A stretch of DNA of 64,000 bases from Negativicutes bacterium (GCA_041666525.1 JBAYGT010000001.1:196157-260156); one strand, 5' to 3'; positions 40,336 through 50,905 are shown, numbered from the stretch's first letter. Translations and numbers: made by a program. Notes: generated by a model not told the origin, from the sequence alone.

Positions 40336-40935
40336 TTACTTCAGCATCTTGTCTTGCACAAGCTTCTCGCATATCGTCTCAGTAGCCTCGTCGGCAAATT
40401 CATCGTTCCCATTAAACAGCGGTCCGCCAATTGTAACTTTTGATTCAGCCATCCATACATTTTTCACGATATTTAAATCTACCAGCCGGCAAATTCCATA
40501 CCCGGACAATCCACTATCATTGGAGTTATCTGAACTGTTTGGTTTTTGCTTGGAAGTATTGTTGATGTAATATGCCTGCTGCGGATGATAATCCAAGTTT
40601 TGCGGAACTTCAGAATATTCAATGGTCAGCATGGAATCAAAATTATTTTCACGTAAAACGTCAGCAATTTCTGATTTTGAATAATCTTTGGTCGGCGGGA
40701 AAGCAAGGTAAGATTGCGTGGCGGAAACATGCTGTTTTTTCAACCGCTCAACCATTTTGTCTTCAATAAGTTTCCTTAACTCTAAATTGTTGTTAGAATG
40801 TACCGCAACCAAAATGTTTCCGTATTTTGAGTCCCCGCAGGCTTTATCTTTGAAAGATGTAACTGTCGACGTCGCGCACGACGAAAGTAATACCGCGAAA
40901 ACCAACAACAATAAGAAAACCCAAATTCTTTTCAT
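40336..40935 (-). CDS. hypothetical lipoprotein
   Basis: MKRIWVFLLLLVFAVLLSSC lipobox; 199 aa, no recognisable domain. Confidence 0.55.
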   Translation of the reverse strand: MKRIWVFLLLLVFAVLLSSCATSTVTSFKDKACGDSKYGNILVAVHSNNNLELRKLIEDKMVERLKKQHVSATQSYLAFPPTKDYSKSEIADVLRENNFDSMLTIEYSEVPQNLDYHPQQAYYINNTSKQKPNSSDNSNDSGLSGYGICRLVDLNIVKNVWMAESKVTIGGPLFNGNDEFADEATETICEKLVQDKMLK

Positions 40936-41110
40936 TAAGCACCTCACTCCGGGTATTATACCGCTTTCAGCTGCTTTAGCCAAACAATACCGTGAGATTG
41001 TTCCGATTTATTCACTTTCCAATTGGCGCTTTGCTTCCCACAATTTATCCTGTGCAACGTCCAAACACCAGCGACGCTCCTCCAACGTTTTTTATTCAAA
41101 AAAATGGGCT

Positions 41111-41139
41111 GTTGCCAATTTCATAGCGAACGAGTATAA
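41111..41139 (+). promoter_or_regulatory. sigma-70-like promoter for accC
   Basis: TTGCCA-17-TATAAT about 40 nt before ATG 41179. Confidence 0.5.
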
Positions 41140-41178
41140 TTTGCTGACCTAAAAAATTTTGGAGACGAATTAAAAAGT

Positions 41179-42501
41179 ATGTTTAATAAATTACTAATTG
41201 CCAACCGTGGCGAAATCGCAGTACGAATAATCCGCGCTTGCCGGGACCTGGGAGTGCAATCGGTAGCGGTCTATTCTGCTGCCGATGTTGCCTCCTTGCA
41301 TGTGCTTTTAGCCGATGAAGCCCATTATATCGGACCGGCGGAAGCCAGTGAAAGCTATCTCAACATCGCCGCAATAATCGATGCCGCGAAAAAATCCGGG
41401 GCTGAAGCAATTCATCCCGGCTATGGTTTTTTATCAGAGAATGCGGCATTTGCCGCCGCCGTCACTGATGCCGGTTTAGCCTGGGTCGGGCCACCGGCTG
41501 ATACCATCAATCTTGTTGGAAATAAAGATTCTGCGCGCGCTGCGATGCGCGCCGCCGGACTACCGTTAATTCCCGGAAGCTCGGTGTTGTCCGGTCCGGA
41601 AGAAGCGCTCAGTGAAGCCGATCGGGTTGGTTATCCGGCAATTTTCAAGCCAGTTGCCGGCGGCGGCGGGCAGGGAATGTTTGTTGTAAACAACCGGGCA
41701 GAATTAATCGAGCGCTTAGACACAATCGGGCTTGCGAAAGACGCTTTCTTTGTTGAACGTTATGTTTCCGATGCCCGCCATATTGAAGTTCAAATTGTCG
41801 CCGACAGTTTTGGACACTGCATCCATCTGGGCGAACGTGAATGTTCATTGCAACGCCGGCATCAGAAAATTCTGGAGGAAGCGCCATCCAGCGCATTGAC
41901 CGATTCACTGCGCCAGGAAGTCGGGGCCTTGGCAACGACCGCTGCCAAAAGTATTGACTATACCAATGTTGGCACAGTCGAATTTATCTTCGACAAGCAA
42001 ACCCGTCAATTCTATTTTATGGAAATAAATCCGCGCATTCAGGTCGAACATGCGATTACTGAAATTATCACCGGATTTGATATCGTCCGCAGGCAAATTC
42101 GGATTGCCGCTAAAGAGCACTTCAATACCAAGCAGAGCAATATTGAATTCTATGGCCATTCACTGGAATGCCGGATAAATGCTGAGGATCCCGAAAACAG
42201 CTTCATGCCCAGCCCGGGAACCATTGATTACTATCATCAACCCGGCGGCCCCTTCGTCCGCATCGACAGCGGCGTAGCCGCAGGCTCAACAATCCCGATG
42301 TACTACGATTCACTTATTTCAAAATTAATCGTGTACGGACGTACCCGCGGCGATGCCATTCGCCACGCCAAGCGGGCACTTGCCGAATACAAGATTACCG
42401 GCATCAAAACAACTATTGGTCTGCACCGGCAGGTATTGGAAAATCCGGATTTCTGCCGCGGCAACACTTCTACCCGATTCATTGATGACTTCGTGTCTTA
42501 A
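41179..42501 (+). CDS. accC: biotin carboxylase (ATP-grasp; AccC or carboxylase A-subunit), stand-alone
   Basis: MFNKLLIANRGEIAVRIIRAC...; 440 aa biotin carboxylase with no BCCP/carboxyltransferase neighbours. Confidence 0.85.
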   Translation: MFNKLLIANRGEIAVRIIRACRDLGVQSVAVYSAADVASLHVLLADEAHYIGPAEASESYLNIAAIIDAAKKSGAEAIHPGYGFLSENAAFAAAVTDAGLAWVGPPADTINLVGNKDSARAAMRAAGLPLIPGSSVLSGPEEALSEADRVGYPAIFKPVAGGGGQGMFVVNNRAELIERLDTIGLAKDAFFVERYVSDARHIEVQIVADSFGHCIHLGERECSLQRRHQKILEEAPSSALTDSLRQEVGALATTAAKSIDYTNVGTVEFIFDKQTRQFYFMEINPRIQVEHAITEIITGFDIVRRQIRIAAKEHFNTKQSNIEFYGHSLECRINAEDPENSFMPSPGTIDYYHQPGGPFVRIDSGVAAGSTIPMYYDSLISKLIVYGRTRGDAIRHAKRALAEYKITGIKTTIGLHRQVLENPDFCRGNTSTRFIDDFVS

Positions 42502-42507
42502 TAAAAG

Positions 42508-42558
42508 CGAAGGGGCTGCACCAAAACTTATGTTTCAGTGCAGCCCCTTCGTATTTTT
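42508..42558. terminator. terminator between accC and gdh
   Basis: cgaaggggctgcac ... gtgcagccccttcg 14-bp stem (long loop) plus T-run. Confidence 0.6.
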
Positions 42559-42572
42559 CATTAAATGTTAAA

Positions 42573-43829
42573 TCAGCACCAACCACGCTGTTTCATACCG
42601 TGTTCCAGACGGCTTAATGCGACAATGTACGCGCCAATCCGCATGCTGGTATCAAATTTTTTCGAAGTGCTATGTACACGGTCAAACGCTTTAACCATGA
42701 AATCTTCTTGTTTTGCGCGAACAACATCGGCATCCCAGTAAAATCTGTCGATATTCTGGACCCACTCAAAATAACTGACGGTAACACCACCGGCATTTGC
42801 CAACACGTCCGGCACAACCAGCACGCCTTTTTTGTAGAGGTACTCATCGGCATCCGGATTCGTAGGGCCGTTTGCACCTTCAACAATAATCTTTGCCCGG
42901 ATCAAATGGCAATTGTCTATCGTGATTTGATTTTCCAACGCCGCCGGTACCAGAATATCAACATCAAGTTCTAACAGTTCCTCGTTTGATAACCGAACCG
43001 TTCCGGCCGGATAATCTTCAATTGGACGCTGCTGATTGGAATACTTTTCCATTTCATACGGATTAAAACCGTTCGGATTGTAGATAGCGCCGTAAACATC
43101 GCTGACTGCAACAACTTTTGCGCCCTGGTCATGAATAATTTTTGCCGAAAAGCTGCCAACATTACCAAAACCCTGTACTGCCACGGTAGTATTCTTGATA
43201 TCCATACCCAACCGTTTACAGGCTTCACGAGCAGTAATCATTACGCCGCGGCCGGTTGCTTCGGCGCGTCCGAGCGACCCCCCCATTTCAATCGGTTTGC
43301 CGGTAATAACTCCCGGTACAGTATAGCCCTTGAATTTTGCATATTCATCCGACATCCAACCCATCATCTGCATGTTAGTATTAACATCCGGCGCCGGAAT
43401 ATCGGTATATTCGCCAATGAAACTGGCAATTTTCTGGATATAGCCGCGTGATAATTGTTCCAATTCGCGTTGACTCAATGTACGCGGATCAACAATAACA
43501 CCACCCTTACCACCGCCGAGCGGAAGTCCTAACACCGTGCATTTGACTGTCATCCAAAACGCCAATGTCTTAACTTCATCCAGGCATACGTCCTGATGGA
43601 AGCGAATACCGCCTTTAGCTGGTCCCAATGCCGTATTGTGCTGAGCGCGAAAACCTTTGAATACTTTGAGTGATCCGTCATCCATCCGCACCGGAATGCT
43701 CACCGACAGTACTCTGTCGCATTCATTGAGAATCGCCAGAACGTTCGGATCGAGCTTAACTGTGTCCGCCGCTTTTTTCAAGGGAATCATTGCCTGTTCG
43801 TAAATGTTTTGTGCCACAATTTCCTCCAA
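42573..43829 (-). CDS. gdhA: glutamate dehydrogenase
   Basis: 418 aa; GGGKGG region ...LPLGGGKGGV..., Rossmann GFGNVG. Confidence 0.9.
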   Translation of the reverse strand: MEEIVAQNIYEQAMIPLKKAADTVKLDPNVLAILNECDRVLSVSIPVRMDDGSLKVFKGFRAQHNTALGPAKGGIRFHQDVCLDEVKTLAFWMTVKCTVLGLPLGGGKGGVIVDPRTLSQRELEQLSRGYIQKIASFIGEYTDIPAPDVNTNMQMMGWMSDEYAKFKGYTVPGVITGKPIEMGGSLGRAEATGRGVMITAREACKRLGMDIKNTTVAVQGFGNVGSFSAKIIHDQGAKVVAVSDVYGAIYNPNGFNPYEMEKYSNQQRPIEDYPAGTVRLSNEELLELDVDILVPAALENQITIDNCHLIRAKIIVEGANGPTNPDADEYLYKKGVLVVPDVLANAGGVTVSYFEWVQNIDRFYWDADVVRAKQEDFMVKAFDRVHSTSKKFDTSMRIGAYIVALSRLEHGMKQRGWC

Positions 43830-43892
43830 TTTTTTTAGTTCGTATTATATATATTAGCCATAAATCGAAAATATCCTGCTAAACTAAAAAAT

Positions 43893-44675
43893 TTATTTTA
43901 TTCCAATCACGCCGGCTGCCAAACCCAGATATTCGTGCAAGGCAGTAACCGAATACTCCATGCCGCCCGGCAACAGGTCTGCCCAAACAAATTGATATCG
44001 GGGCGGCGAAAGATAGCCGGCTGGCAAACAAGTAATTTTCATATCATATTCAAGCGCCTTCATCGCGTTAGAAAACAACCGCTCCGAACGCGGCACATGG
44101 CTGGCCGAAGTTACCAGTATCAGTTTGCGCCAACCATTATCGCGGCAAATTTCAATAGTATTGACTGCATTATCGTCGGTGTCTTTGGCGGTATCATCAA
44201 TGATGATTTTGTTTTCCGGCACTCCGAGCGCTATTGCATAACGCTTAACTGCCTGGCACTCTGCTGATTTTACACCCAAAACTGAACCGGAAGTGATCAG
44301 CAAATAAGTATTGGTTTGTTTTTGTGCGCGCAGCGCCGTGATAAATCGTGCCGAAGAACTTAAACCGAGCGTACCATTGCCGCCAAAGTCCGGCGTATCC
44401 GCAACCGATCCACCCCCCAGCAAAACAACTACATCCCCGGAAACCGACTGTGGAAAAGGTTGGGCATATTCCAGCGGTCTCAGTAAGAAATTTTCAACCG
44501 GCCGGATACTTAATAAATAAATTAAAATCAACGTCAGCGCGAGCAGCCATTTAGTTTTTACCAATCCGCGAACATTGCGCATATTAATCAATACAATAAT
44601 CAATGTCAATACAAATAATCCCGGCGGCATAACAAACGCCTGAATTATTTTTTTGGCGATGAACAGATATTCCAA
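43893..44675 (-). CDS. YdcF/DUF218-family protein with N-terminal TM
   Basis: 260 aa; DUF218-like pattern ...LLITSG... Confidence 0.6.
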   Translation of the reverse strand: MEYLFIAKKIIQAFVMPPGLFVLTLIIVLINMRNVRGLVKTKWLLALTLILIYLLSIRPVENFLLRPLEYAQPFPQSVSGDVVVLLGGGSVADTPDFGGNGTLGLSSSARFITALRAQKQTNTYLLITSGSVLGVKSAECQAVKRYAIALGVPENKIIIDDTAKDTDDNAVNTIEICRDNGWRKLILVTSASHVPRSERLFSNAMKALEYDMKITCLPAGYLSPPRYQFVWADLLPGGMEYSVTALHEYLGLAAGVIGIK

Positions 44676-44683
44676 ATCCCCTC

Positions 44684-45811
44684 CTATAAACCGGCAAAGC
44701 GTGCAAGCAGCAACGCCGTGCGCAGCGATTCGCGTCCGTCTTGCATGGTTACCCGCTGAACATAATCTTTATCGCGAATGGCAAAGATCAAATCCAGCAT
44801 TGCCAGCCGTACACATTCCTGATAAGTTTCGTATTTGTTTTGCGGCAACTCCAGGTTGACTTTGGCACGATATTTAACCGCATACGGCTTACCGCTTGCC
44901 CAACCATTCATTTTGTCGCCGGAATACGTTTCAATAATTTTCGCATCACTAATATATTCTTGCGCCCACTCCTGCAATATCTCATATTCACGTTCATCAA
45001 CCAACACGTCCAGTTTCATACGCAACGGCACCCAGCCCCGCAACACTGTGTAGCCACGCGCACAAGTAAACTTCATCGTTGTTTCCTCAAACCGCTGCGG
45101 TTGCGTAAAAAAATGCGTGAAAGTGCCGAGAATACCGCCACTATACCGGACGATGCCACAACTCTTATCGGCTACACCGTCAAACCGGTTCGCCTCAACG
45201 GAAAATCCGTCCAATGCATTTTCCCCGGTCAGCCAGGAGAACAAATCGAAAAAATGCACACCATGCTCAACCCAAACACCACCGCTTTTGGACTTATCCC
45301 AAAACCAGTGCGCTGGTTTTAGCAGCTCGTCACTTGCATAGTTTTCAATACTCTGGTGCGTTGTCGGACCGAGAATGTTCATATGATAAAGCTCTTTTAG
45401 CTTGCGATTAATCGGATTATAGCGTTGAACATAATCAAGAATCAACCGTACGCCATTTGTCTCAACGGCACGAATAATCGCGTCGGCTTCAGCCAGCGAT
45501 GTACCCATCGGTTTTTCGCAAAATATGTGTTTTTTGTTGTTGGCAGCAGCAACGCAATATCCGGAATGAGTGTAGGGCGGGGTGCTGATAACCACTATGT
45601 CAACTTCCGGATTTTGTATCAAATCATAGCCTTCACTGTAAGTTTTCACGCCAAACCGTTGCTCGGCAAGCTGACGTTGAGCAATCGAGACGTCACAAAT
45701 TGCCGTGATTTTCAACTGCGGCATCGACAAAAAAGCCTCAGCCAGAAATTCACCGAAACTGCCGTAACCGATCATACCTACACCAAGTTTTTTCATAACA
45801 TCCTCCGTCAC
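44684..45811 (-). CDS. Gfo/Idh/MocA-family oxidoreductase
   Basis: MKKLGVGMIGYGSFG Rossmann N-terminus; 375 aa. Confidence 0.8.
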   Translation of the reverse strand: MTEDVMKKLGVGMIGYGSFGEFLAEAFLSMPQLKITAICDVSIAQRQLAEQRFGVKTYSEGYDLIQNPEVDIVVISTPPYTHSGYCVAAANNKKHIFCEKPMGTSLAEADAIIRAVETNGVRLILDYVQRYNPINRKLKELYHMNILGPTTHQSIENYASDELLKPAHWFWDKSKSGGVWVEHGVHFFDLFSWLTGENALDGFSVEANRFDGVADKSCGIVRYSGGILGTFTHFFTQPQRFEETTMKFTCARGYTVLRGWVPLRMKLDVLVDEREYEILQEWAQEYISDAKIIETYSGDKMNGWASGKPYAVKYRAKVNLELPQNKYETYQECVRLAMLDLIFAIRDKDYVQRVTMQDGRESLRTALLLARFAGL

Positions 45812-46443
45812 TTTCTCAGCTTATATTTCTTAATCCGATTAATAACCGCGGCGTTACTGATAAACGACAACAACGGCATTCCTCCCAGAAAAACCGGCAC
45901 AAAAAGTCCGGAAAATAGTACCGCTAACAACATGATTCCGCCGCATACCATAAGCGAAAATATCGGTGCTGCAAACAGTGTTAAAAATCCGTTTTTCAAA
46001 GCCACACGCACACTTTTTTGATGCTGTTCAAAAAAATAAGCCACCGCATAAATCTGAATCATCAGCCACAACACCAGCATCACAATAAAAAAGCTGCGTA
46101 AAAGAACTGCCCAAAACGCATCAATTTTTTCATAGTACATAATATTAACCAACATAACCAGTAATATCAGAGCATTTGCAACGAACCATATCCAGGCAGC
46201 CCGCCAGTATTTCTTCGCGCCTTCATAAACTAAACTAAAAGTTCGGCCGATGCCATAATCTTCACCATATACCATAACCGAAGTACAATAAAACATCCCG
46301 AACAACGCCAGCGGCGCCAACACGACCGTCATAGACACAAGCACCACAACAATATTCAACAGCATCATTTCCACCGCTAAATCCCACCAGCGTTGAAAAG
46401 CTATGCAATACACCGCCCAAGCGGCTTTAATCTCTTCTAACAA
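45808..46443 (-). CDS. YesL/DUF624-like integral membrane protein
   Basis: 211 aa, 5-6 TM helices; resemblance to DUF624 is tentative. Confidence 0.4.
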   Translation of the reverse strand: MLEEIKAAWAVYCIAFQRWWDLAVEMMLLNIVVVLVSMTVVLAPLALFGMFYCTSVMVYGEDYGIGRTFSLVYEGAKKYWRAAWIWFVANALILLVMLVNIMYYEKIDAFWAVLLRSFFIVMLVLWLMIQIYAVAYFFEQHQKSVRVALKNGFLTLFAAPIFSLMVCGGIMLLAVLFSGLFVPVFLGGMPLLSFISNAAVINRIKKYKLRK

Positions 46444-46504
46444 AATCCACCTCTTTCAGCCATCTCTGTTCCAAATCCCATTCCCTAAATCCCATTCCCA
46501 TTAA

Positions 46505-46861
46505 CTAACAACTGCAATCATTAAAAAATTGATTCAAGTGCAAATAAAAATAGCCGCGTTCGGTATCGGGAAAAGTCATATTTAAGCAGTCTTCAATATC
46601 ATCGACCGCTTCCACACATGTAAAATAAGCCGGTGCGGCGCGTACCTCGTCAACGACCGTTTGAGTTAGTTCCGGAGCCGTTTCCTTACCGTTCACCCGC
46701 CCGATTGCGATAATCAGATGTGCAAAAAACGTTGCAGCATTATTCATCGTCAACTCGATATCCCACTTTGTTTTGAACATATCGACAACAGCGTTTAAAC
46801 GGACACCGTCTGCAGCGGTAATTTGACCGGCATCCAAATACTGTTGAAATATATCGCTCAT
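46505..46861 (-). CDS. small stand-alone PRD-like domain protein
   Basis: about 118 aa; ...AATFFAHLIIAIGR... resembles a PTS-regulation domain helix; weak call. Confidence 0.35.
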   Translation of the reverse strand: MSDIFQQYLDAGQITAADGVRLNAVVDMFKTKWDIELTMNNAATFFAHLIIAIGRVNGKETAPELTQTVVDEVRAAPAYFTCVEAVDDIEDCLNMTFPDTERGYFYLHLNQFFNDCSC

Positions 46862-46918
46862 ACGCCCTCCATTTATCACGCATTAATCTGGTCTTCAGAA
46901 AATTCTATCAACATTATG

Positions 46919-48571
46919 CTATTCAAAAAAATCGAAAATATCATCAATAAGTGTTCTAAGTAATAATGGCGCTTTTTCGAATGAATATTTTTTATGAAGC
47001 CGTTCGGTTGATTTATGCGGGTCACGGCCATGCGGACCAAAATTTATTACCGGTAAGTTTAGTTTGCGGATTTCTTCCACCGGCACCGAATAAGTACGGC
47101 CCCAGCTCGGCATGTTCGGTGCTAGTCCGTCGATTACTGCTTCCGCATCTTGAACCGCAAAATAACTCAAATCTGACAACCCCTGAAAATAGCGTTGTTT
47201 TAATACCGCTTCGCCATATTCTGTTTTTGCACGTTCAGTCAAGCGGTCAGCGCAACTTAATAAATGTCTTTCGAATGCGCCCGCCGTTTTTAAGCTGACG
47301 TGCGGATAATAAGGCGGCGCAAAAAACATTATTATCATCGGTTCACGCAACGGACAAATTTCGTACAAAGCACTTATAATGCGAATATTCAGCTCGCGTT
47401 CATCGACATCCGGCAGTTGTGAATATTTCTCGATGCAATCGTTAACTACCCGCTCTATGCGGTTCGCATCTCCCTGCGCCACGATTTTGCAAAATTCGCT
47501 ATAGTTAAGTACCTGCGGATTAAAATGTAATTCTTTTACCGGCAGCTTGGTACGGTTTTTATAAATCGCGGCTTGTTCCAGCACCCGGGTACAAGCCGCG
47601 TCTAGTGCGTCTTTAGCAACGACACGAAATTTTTCGATTGCTGTTTCCGGTGTCGTGTTGAAAGTCTGTAAATTATAGTACATCGCTGCCGCAATCGGCG
47701 TTTGTACCGAATATAATTCCTTCAAATCCTTAAATTTCAAGCAAATCGGCGGCAACGTCATTTCTGCGCCGTCATAGTCACTAAAATCAGTATTAACTTC
47801 CACCCGCCGGAGAAATTCAGCGGCAATAAAATCCGGATTAATCCCTGACAGCGATTCGCCGACATGCGTTTCTTTGCCAACAAAATAAAATCCCGGCAGC
47901 AATTTACCAACTGTTCCCAAATACACGTAACGGTTGTCATCGCCCGGATAGGAAGCAAAATTCGGTTCACAGTTAACCACAACCTGCGCTTGTAATTTTC
48001 TTTCACTCAATAACTCATTGGCAAATTTTACCGCCGCAAGCGCGCCCTCGGAATTCGTTTCCTCATCCGGCACCGTCAGCAGCAGAACGTTTCCTTTAAA
48101 CCCTTTATCGGCGGCTAATTGTTCAAGCAACGCCATTTGCATTGCCACACCGCACTTCATATCCATTACGCCGCGACCAAACAACCACTCCCCGGTTGCC
48201 AGATCCGCTGCCGCATCATTGCCAAAGAAACCGTCTTTAATCGCTTGCATGTATTCATAGGGTTTAAATGCCAACGACCGTAACGGGCCATAGTCTTCAA
48301 TGTCCACGGTATCCATATGTCCGACAAATATTAATGTTTCCTTGCACTTGCCTTTATCCAGCAACGCCGCAACAAATGACCGTCCCAATTTATCGTTGAG
48401 CGGTTTAATGAATAAATTCTGCGGACACTCGGCAAAATATGGCAGCGTTCCCAGTAATCGGTGTACCAGCTCTGCCATAGTCTGTTCATTTCTCGTGCCA
48501 GACACACTGTTTTGTCCGACCAACTCCAACAGCAACTTCTCTAAACCCGCCGGATCATTCCACTTCAACAC
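46919..48571 (-). CDS. M20-family metallopeptidase, RocB-like (large M20 with inserted domain)
   Basis: 550 aa; FVGHMDTVD and ...PDEETNSEG... M20 metal-ligand motifs; size and architecture like arginine-utilisation protein RocB. Confidence 0.6.
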   Translation of the reverse strand: MLKWNDPAGLEKLLLELVGQNSVSGTRNEQTMAELVHRLLGTLPYFAECPQNLFIKPLNDKLGRSFVAALLDKGKCKETLIFVGHMDTVDIEDYGPLRSLAFKPYEYMQAIKDGFFGNDAAADLATGEWLFGRGVMDMKCGVAMQMALLEQLAADKGFKGNVLLLTVPDEETNSEGALAAVKFANELLSERKLQAQVVVNCEPNFASYPGDDNRYVYLGTVGKLLPGFYFVGKETHVGESLSGINPDFIAAEFLRRVEVNTDFSDYDGAEMTLPPICLKFKDLKELYSVQTPIAAAMYYNLQTFNTTPETAIEKFRVVAKDALDAACTRVLEQAAIYKNRTKLPVKELHFNPQVLNYSEFCKIVAQGDANRIERVVNDCIEKYSQLPDVDERELNIRIISALYEICPLREPMIIMFFAPPYYPHVSLKTAGAFERHLLSCADRLTERAKTEYGEAVLKQRYFQGLSDLSYFAVQDAEAVIDGLAPNMPSWGRTYSVPVEEIRKLNLPVINFGPHGRDPHKSTERLHKKYSFEKAPLLLRTLIDDIFDFFE

Positions 48572-48598
48572 AATTCCCTCCAGACAATTCTTAAATTC

Positions 48599-49816
48599 TC
48601 AATAATTTTGTTTACAATTACTAACGTCCTGACTACTTTCTCCCCATAACCGCGCTGCCACAACTGTCAGTCCGCATATTATCCATAACGCGCGGGTCAC
48701 CTGTGTCAGATGTAGCGAATAGTCAAACAGTCCCATACACAACCAGCCGGTCAACGCTACAAATCCGGCTAGTAATAGCGGATTAGCGACCGGCAACCGG
48801 CGAAATTGGCGCCAAAAGGTCTGCAGATATGTGCCGAATAAACAAACAAAAGCCATTAAACCAACAATGCCGGTTTCTACCAACCGTGCCAGAAAAACAT
48901 TGTGAGCATGCGCCACCCGCTCTTTAAAAATAAAGCCGTGCTGATAAAACTGATTAAATACTTTTTGGAACGTTGCTCCATTGCCAATTCCAAACGCCGG
49001 AAAATCGCGCCAAACATCCAGACTGTAACGCCAGAGCATTAACCGGTTGATATTTGTACGCGCACCAGTGTCAACAAACAATAACATCCGCGTTCTGATG
49101 TATGGCAACTGAAACATTCCAACAGCGATAATGATAATCACCAGCAGCGAATAACCCGCCCAGCGATATTTTTTTAGCAATAACAAAAACATTAACGTTT
49201 CAACTACAACTGCGATCCAGGCGTTGCGCCCACCATTAAAAACCGTGCCGCCAACTACAACTAACAGCGCCACTACTACTAACCACTTGGCACGCCGTCC
49301 GGCAACACTAATCAACGCCAGCAGCCACGGCCAAGCCAGGCAATTGAGCCAATCCGGCAGTTGGAAAATCGATATTTCTAAAAAATATTTCGCGCTCTTG
49401 CGTCCCAATCCGGCAGCCAGGTAATTCCAGCAGACGTTTAGATCGACAAGAACGATACCTGCTATCCAGGCAAATAGCGCCACGTAAAACCAACTGCGGG
49501 TTTTTATCAACGCTGTAATCAAAAAAAATTGCAACGAGTACAGAATAATATATTTTACTGACCAAATCAACGAATAATATGGATATATAGCAAACAATGA
49601 ACAAACAATTTGTGCAACGAAATATATTGCGGTTACCAGCCATAAGTATTTCGGAACAATTATTTTGTTGCGCAAGAACGACAGGCTCAGCAAATACAGT
49701 GTTGAAGCAATAATTATCGCGATTGATGTATAGCTAAACCCAAACGAGTTAGTGAACAACGAAACGATTAATAAGACCACAATCAGCTTATCAATATATA
49801 CACCTAATTTTTTCAT
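48599..49816 (-). CDS. O-antigen ligase (Wzy_C) family polytopic membrane protein
   Basis: about 405 aa, more than 10 TM helices, Wzy_C-like central loop. Confidence 0.55.
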   Translation of the reverse strand: MKKLGVYIDKLIVVLLIVSLFTNSFGFSYTSIAIIIASTLYLLSLSFLRNKIIVPKYLWLVTAIYFVAQIVCSLFAIYPYYSLIWSVKYIILYSLQFFLITALIKTRSWFYVALFAWIAGIVLVDLNVCWNYLAAGLGRKSAKYFLEISIFQLPDWLNCLAWPWLLALISVAGRRAKWLVVVALLVVVGGTVFNGGRNAWIAVVVETLMFLLLLKKYRWAGYSLLVIIIIAVGMFQLPYIRTRMLLFVDTGARTNINRLMLWRYSLDVWRDFPAFGIGNGATFQKVFNQFYQHGFIFKERVAHAHNVFLARLVETGIVGLMAFVCLFGTYLQTFWRQFRRLPVANPLLLAGFVALTGWLCMGLFDYSLHLTQVTRALWIICGLTVVAARLWGESSQDVSNCKQNY

Positions 49817-49927
49817 TATATTAATAACCCGATTGCCGCTCAGCATTTCAATGCCGTTTGTTGCTTACTCATTGTCATGATAGTATAATCTCCATACAAG
49901 GATTAATCAGATAGAGGAGGAACGACT

Positions 49928-50803
49928 TTGTCAACCAGCAAATCAGCCAAAGCCACCAAGCCCCTCAATGAAATACATCAGCCAACTGCAAAATTATTCA
50001 AGACTAACAAATCCGGCAGTGAAGTATATTTGATTGAGCACTTTCATTTGCCAATGTTAAACCGCACCCGCAAACTGTGGATATACCTGCCGCCTAGCTA
50101 CAGCAACACCAATAAAGACCGGTTTGCCACAATATATATCAATGATGGTCAAAACCTTTTTGAAGATTGCGGCAATGGTTGCTGGGAAGTAGCGAAAAAG
50201 CTTGATGAGTATTTCGCCATAACTGGTAAAGGTTGCATTGCCGTAGGCATCGAAAACGGCGAAGAGCTTCGCAATGACGAGTACTTGCCCTGGGTGGATG
50301 GTGAATACTACGCTAAAGATTGGCGTAACACAATTTATCCCTATATCAACGAACACTACCGGACGCGCCGAACCAGAAAATATACCGCATTTTTGGGCAG
50401 TTCACTAGGCGCTACCATTTTGCTTGAATTTCTTGCTCATCATCAAGACTTGATCGGTAAATTCGCGTTCTTTTCGCTGGCGGTTGAGGTTGATTACGAC
50501 GAAACTATGGAAATGGCTGAATCTATCGAATTTTACGACTATTGCCGCTTGTATTTTGATATCGGTGAAACTGAAGGCAGCTCACAAGGTGAAGAGGAAA
50601 TTGATGACGACGAGTTTATCTACCGAACTAATGAAATAGCAACCATTCTCAAAGAAAACTCCCATTTGCCGGCGTTATTTGTCGTAGACACTGCACACGC
50701 CGATCATTCCGAATCATCTTGGGAAGCACGATTTTTGCTCGCGCTAAACTGGTTGCAAGACGACAGCGATTTTGGCGATGATTTGGAAGAATTGGTCATT
50801 TAA
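49928..50803 (+). CDS. esterase / alpha-beta hydrolase (putative esterase family)
   Basis: TTG start with RBS AGAGGAGG; FLGSSLGAT nucleophile elbow (GxSxG). Confidence 0.65.
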   Translation: MSTSKSAKATKPLNEIHQPTAKLFKTNKSGSEVYLIEHFHLPMLNRTRKLWIYLPPSYSNTNKDRFATIYINDGQNLFEDCGNGCWEVAKKLDEYFAITGKGCIAVGIENGEELRNDEYLPWVDGEYYAKDWRNTIYPYINEHYRTRRTRKYTAFLGSSLGATILLEFLAHHQDLIGKFAFFSLAVEVDYDETMEMAESIEFYDYCRLYFDIGETEGSSQGEEEIDDDEFIYRTNEIATILKENSHLPALFVVDTAHADHSESSWEARFLLALNWLQDDSDFGDDLEELVI

Positions 50804-50840
50804 TCCGACAATATCATATACCGTAGCCAGTTAATAAGCA

Positions 50841-50872
50841 AACAAAACGCTCTCATATGAGAGCGTTTTGTT
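50841..50872. terminator. bidirectional terminator
   Basis: aaaacgctctc-atat-gagagcgtttt. Confidence 0.8.
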
Positions 50873-50905
50873 GTGTAATTATACAGCGCTGTAATTCATT
50901 AAAAA

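Noticed and set aside
45425-46021. 198-aa plus-strand ORF spanning the Gfo/Idh/MocA and YesL junction
   Set aside because: Antisense to two overlapping minus-strand genes; no RBS and no domain features.
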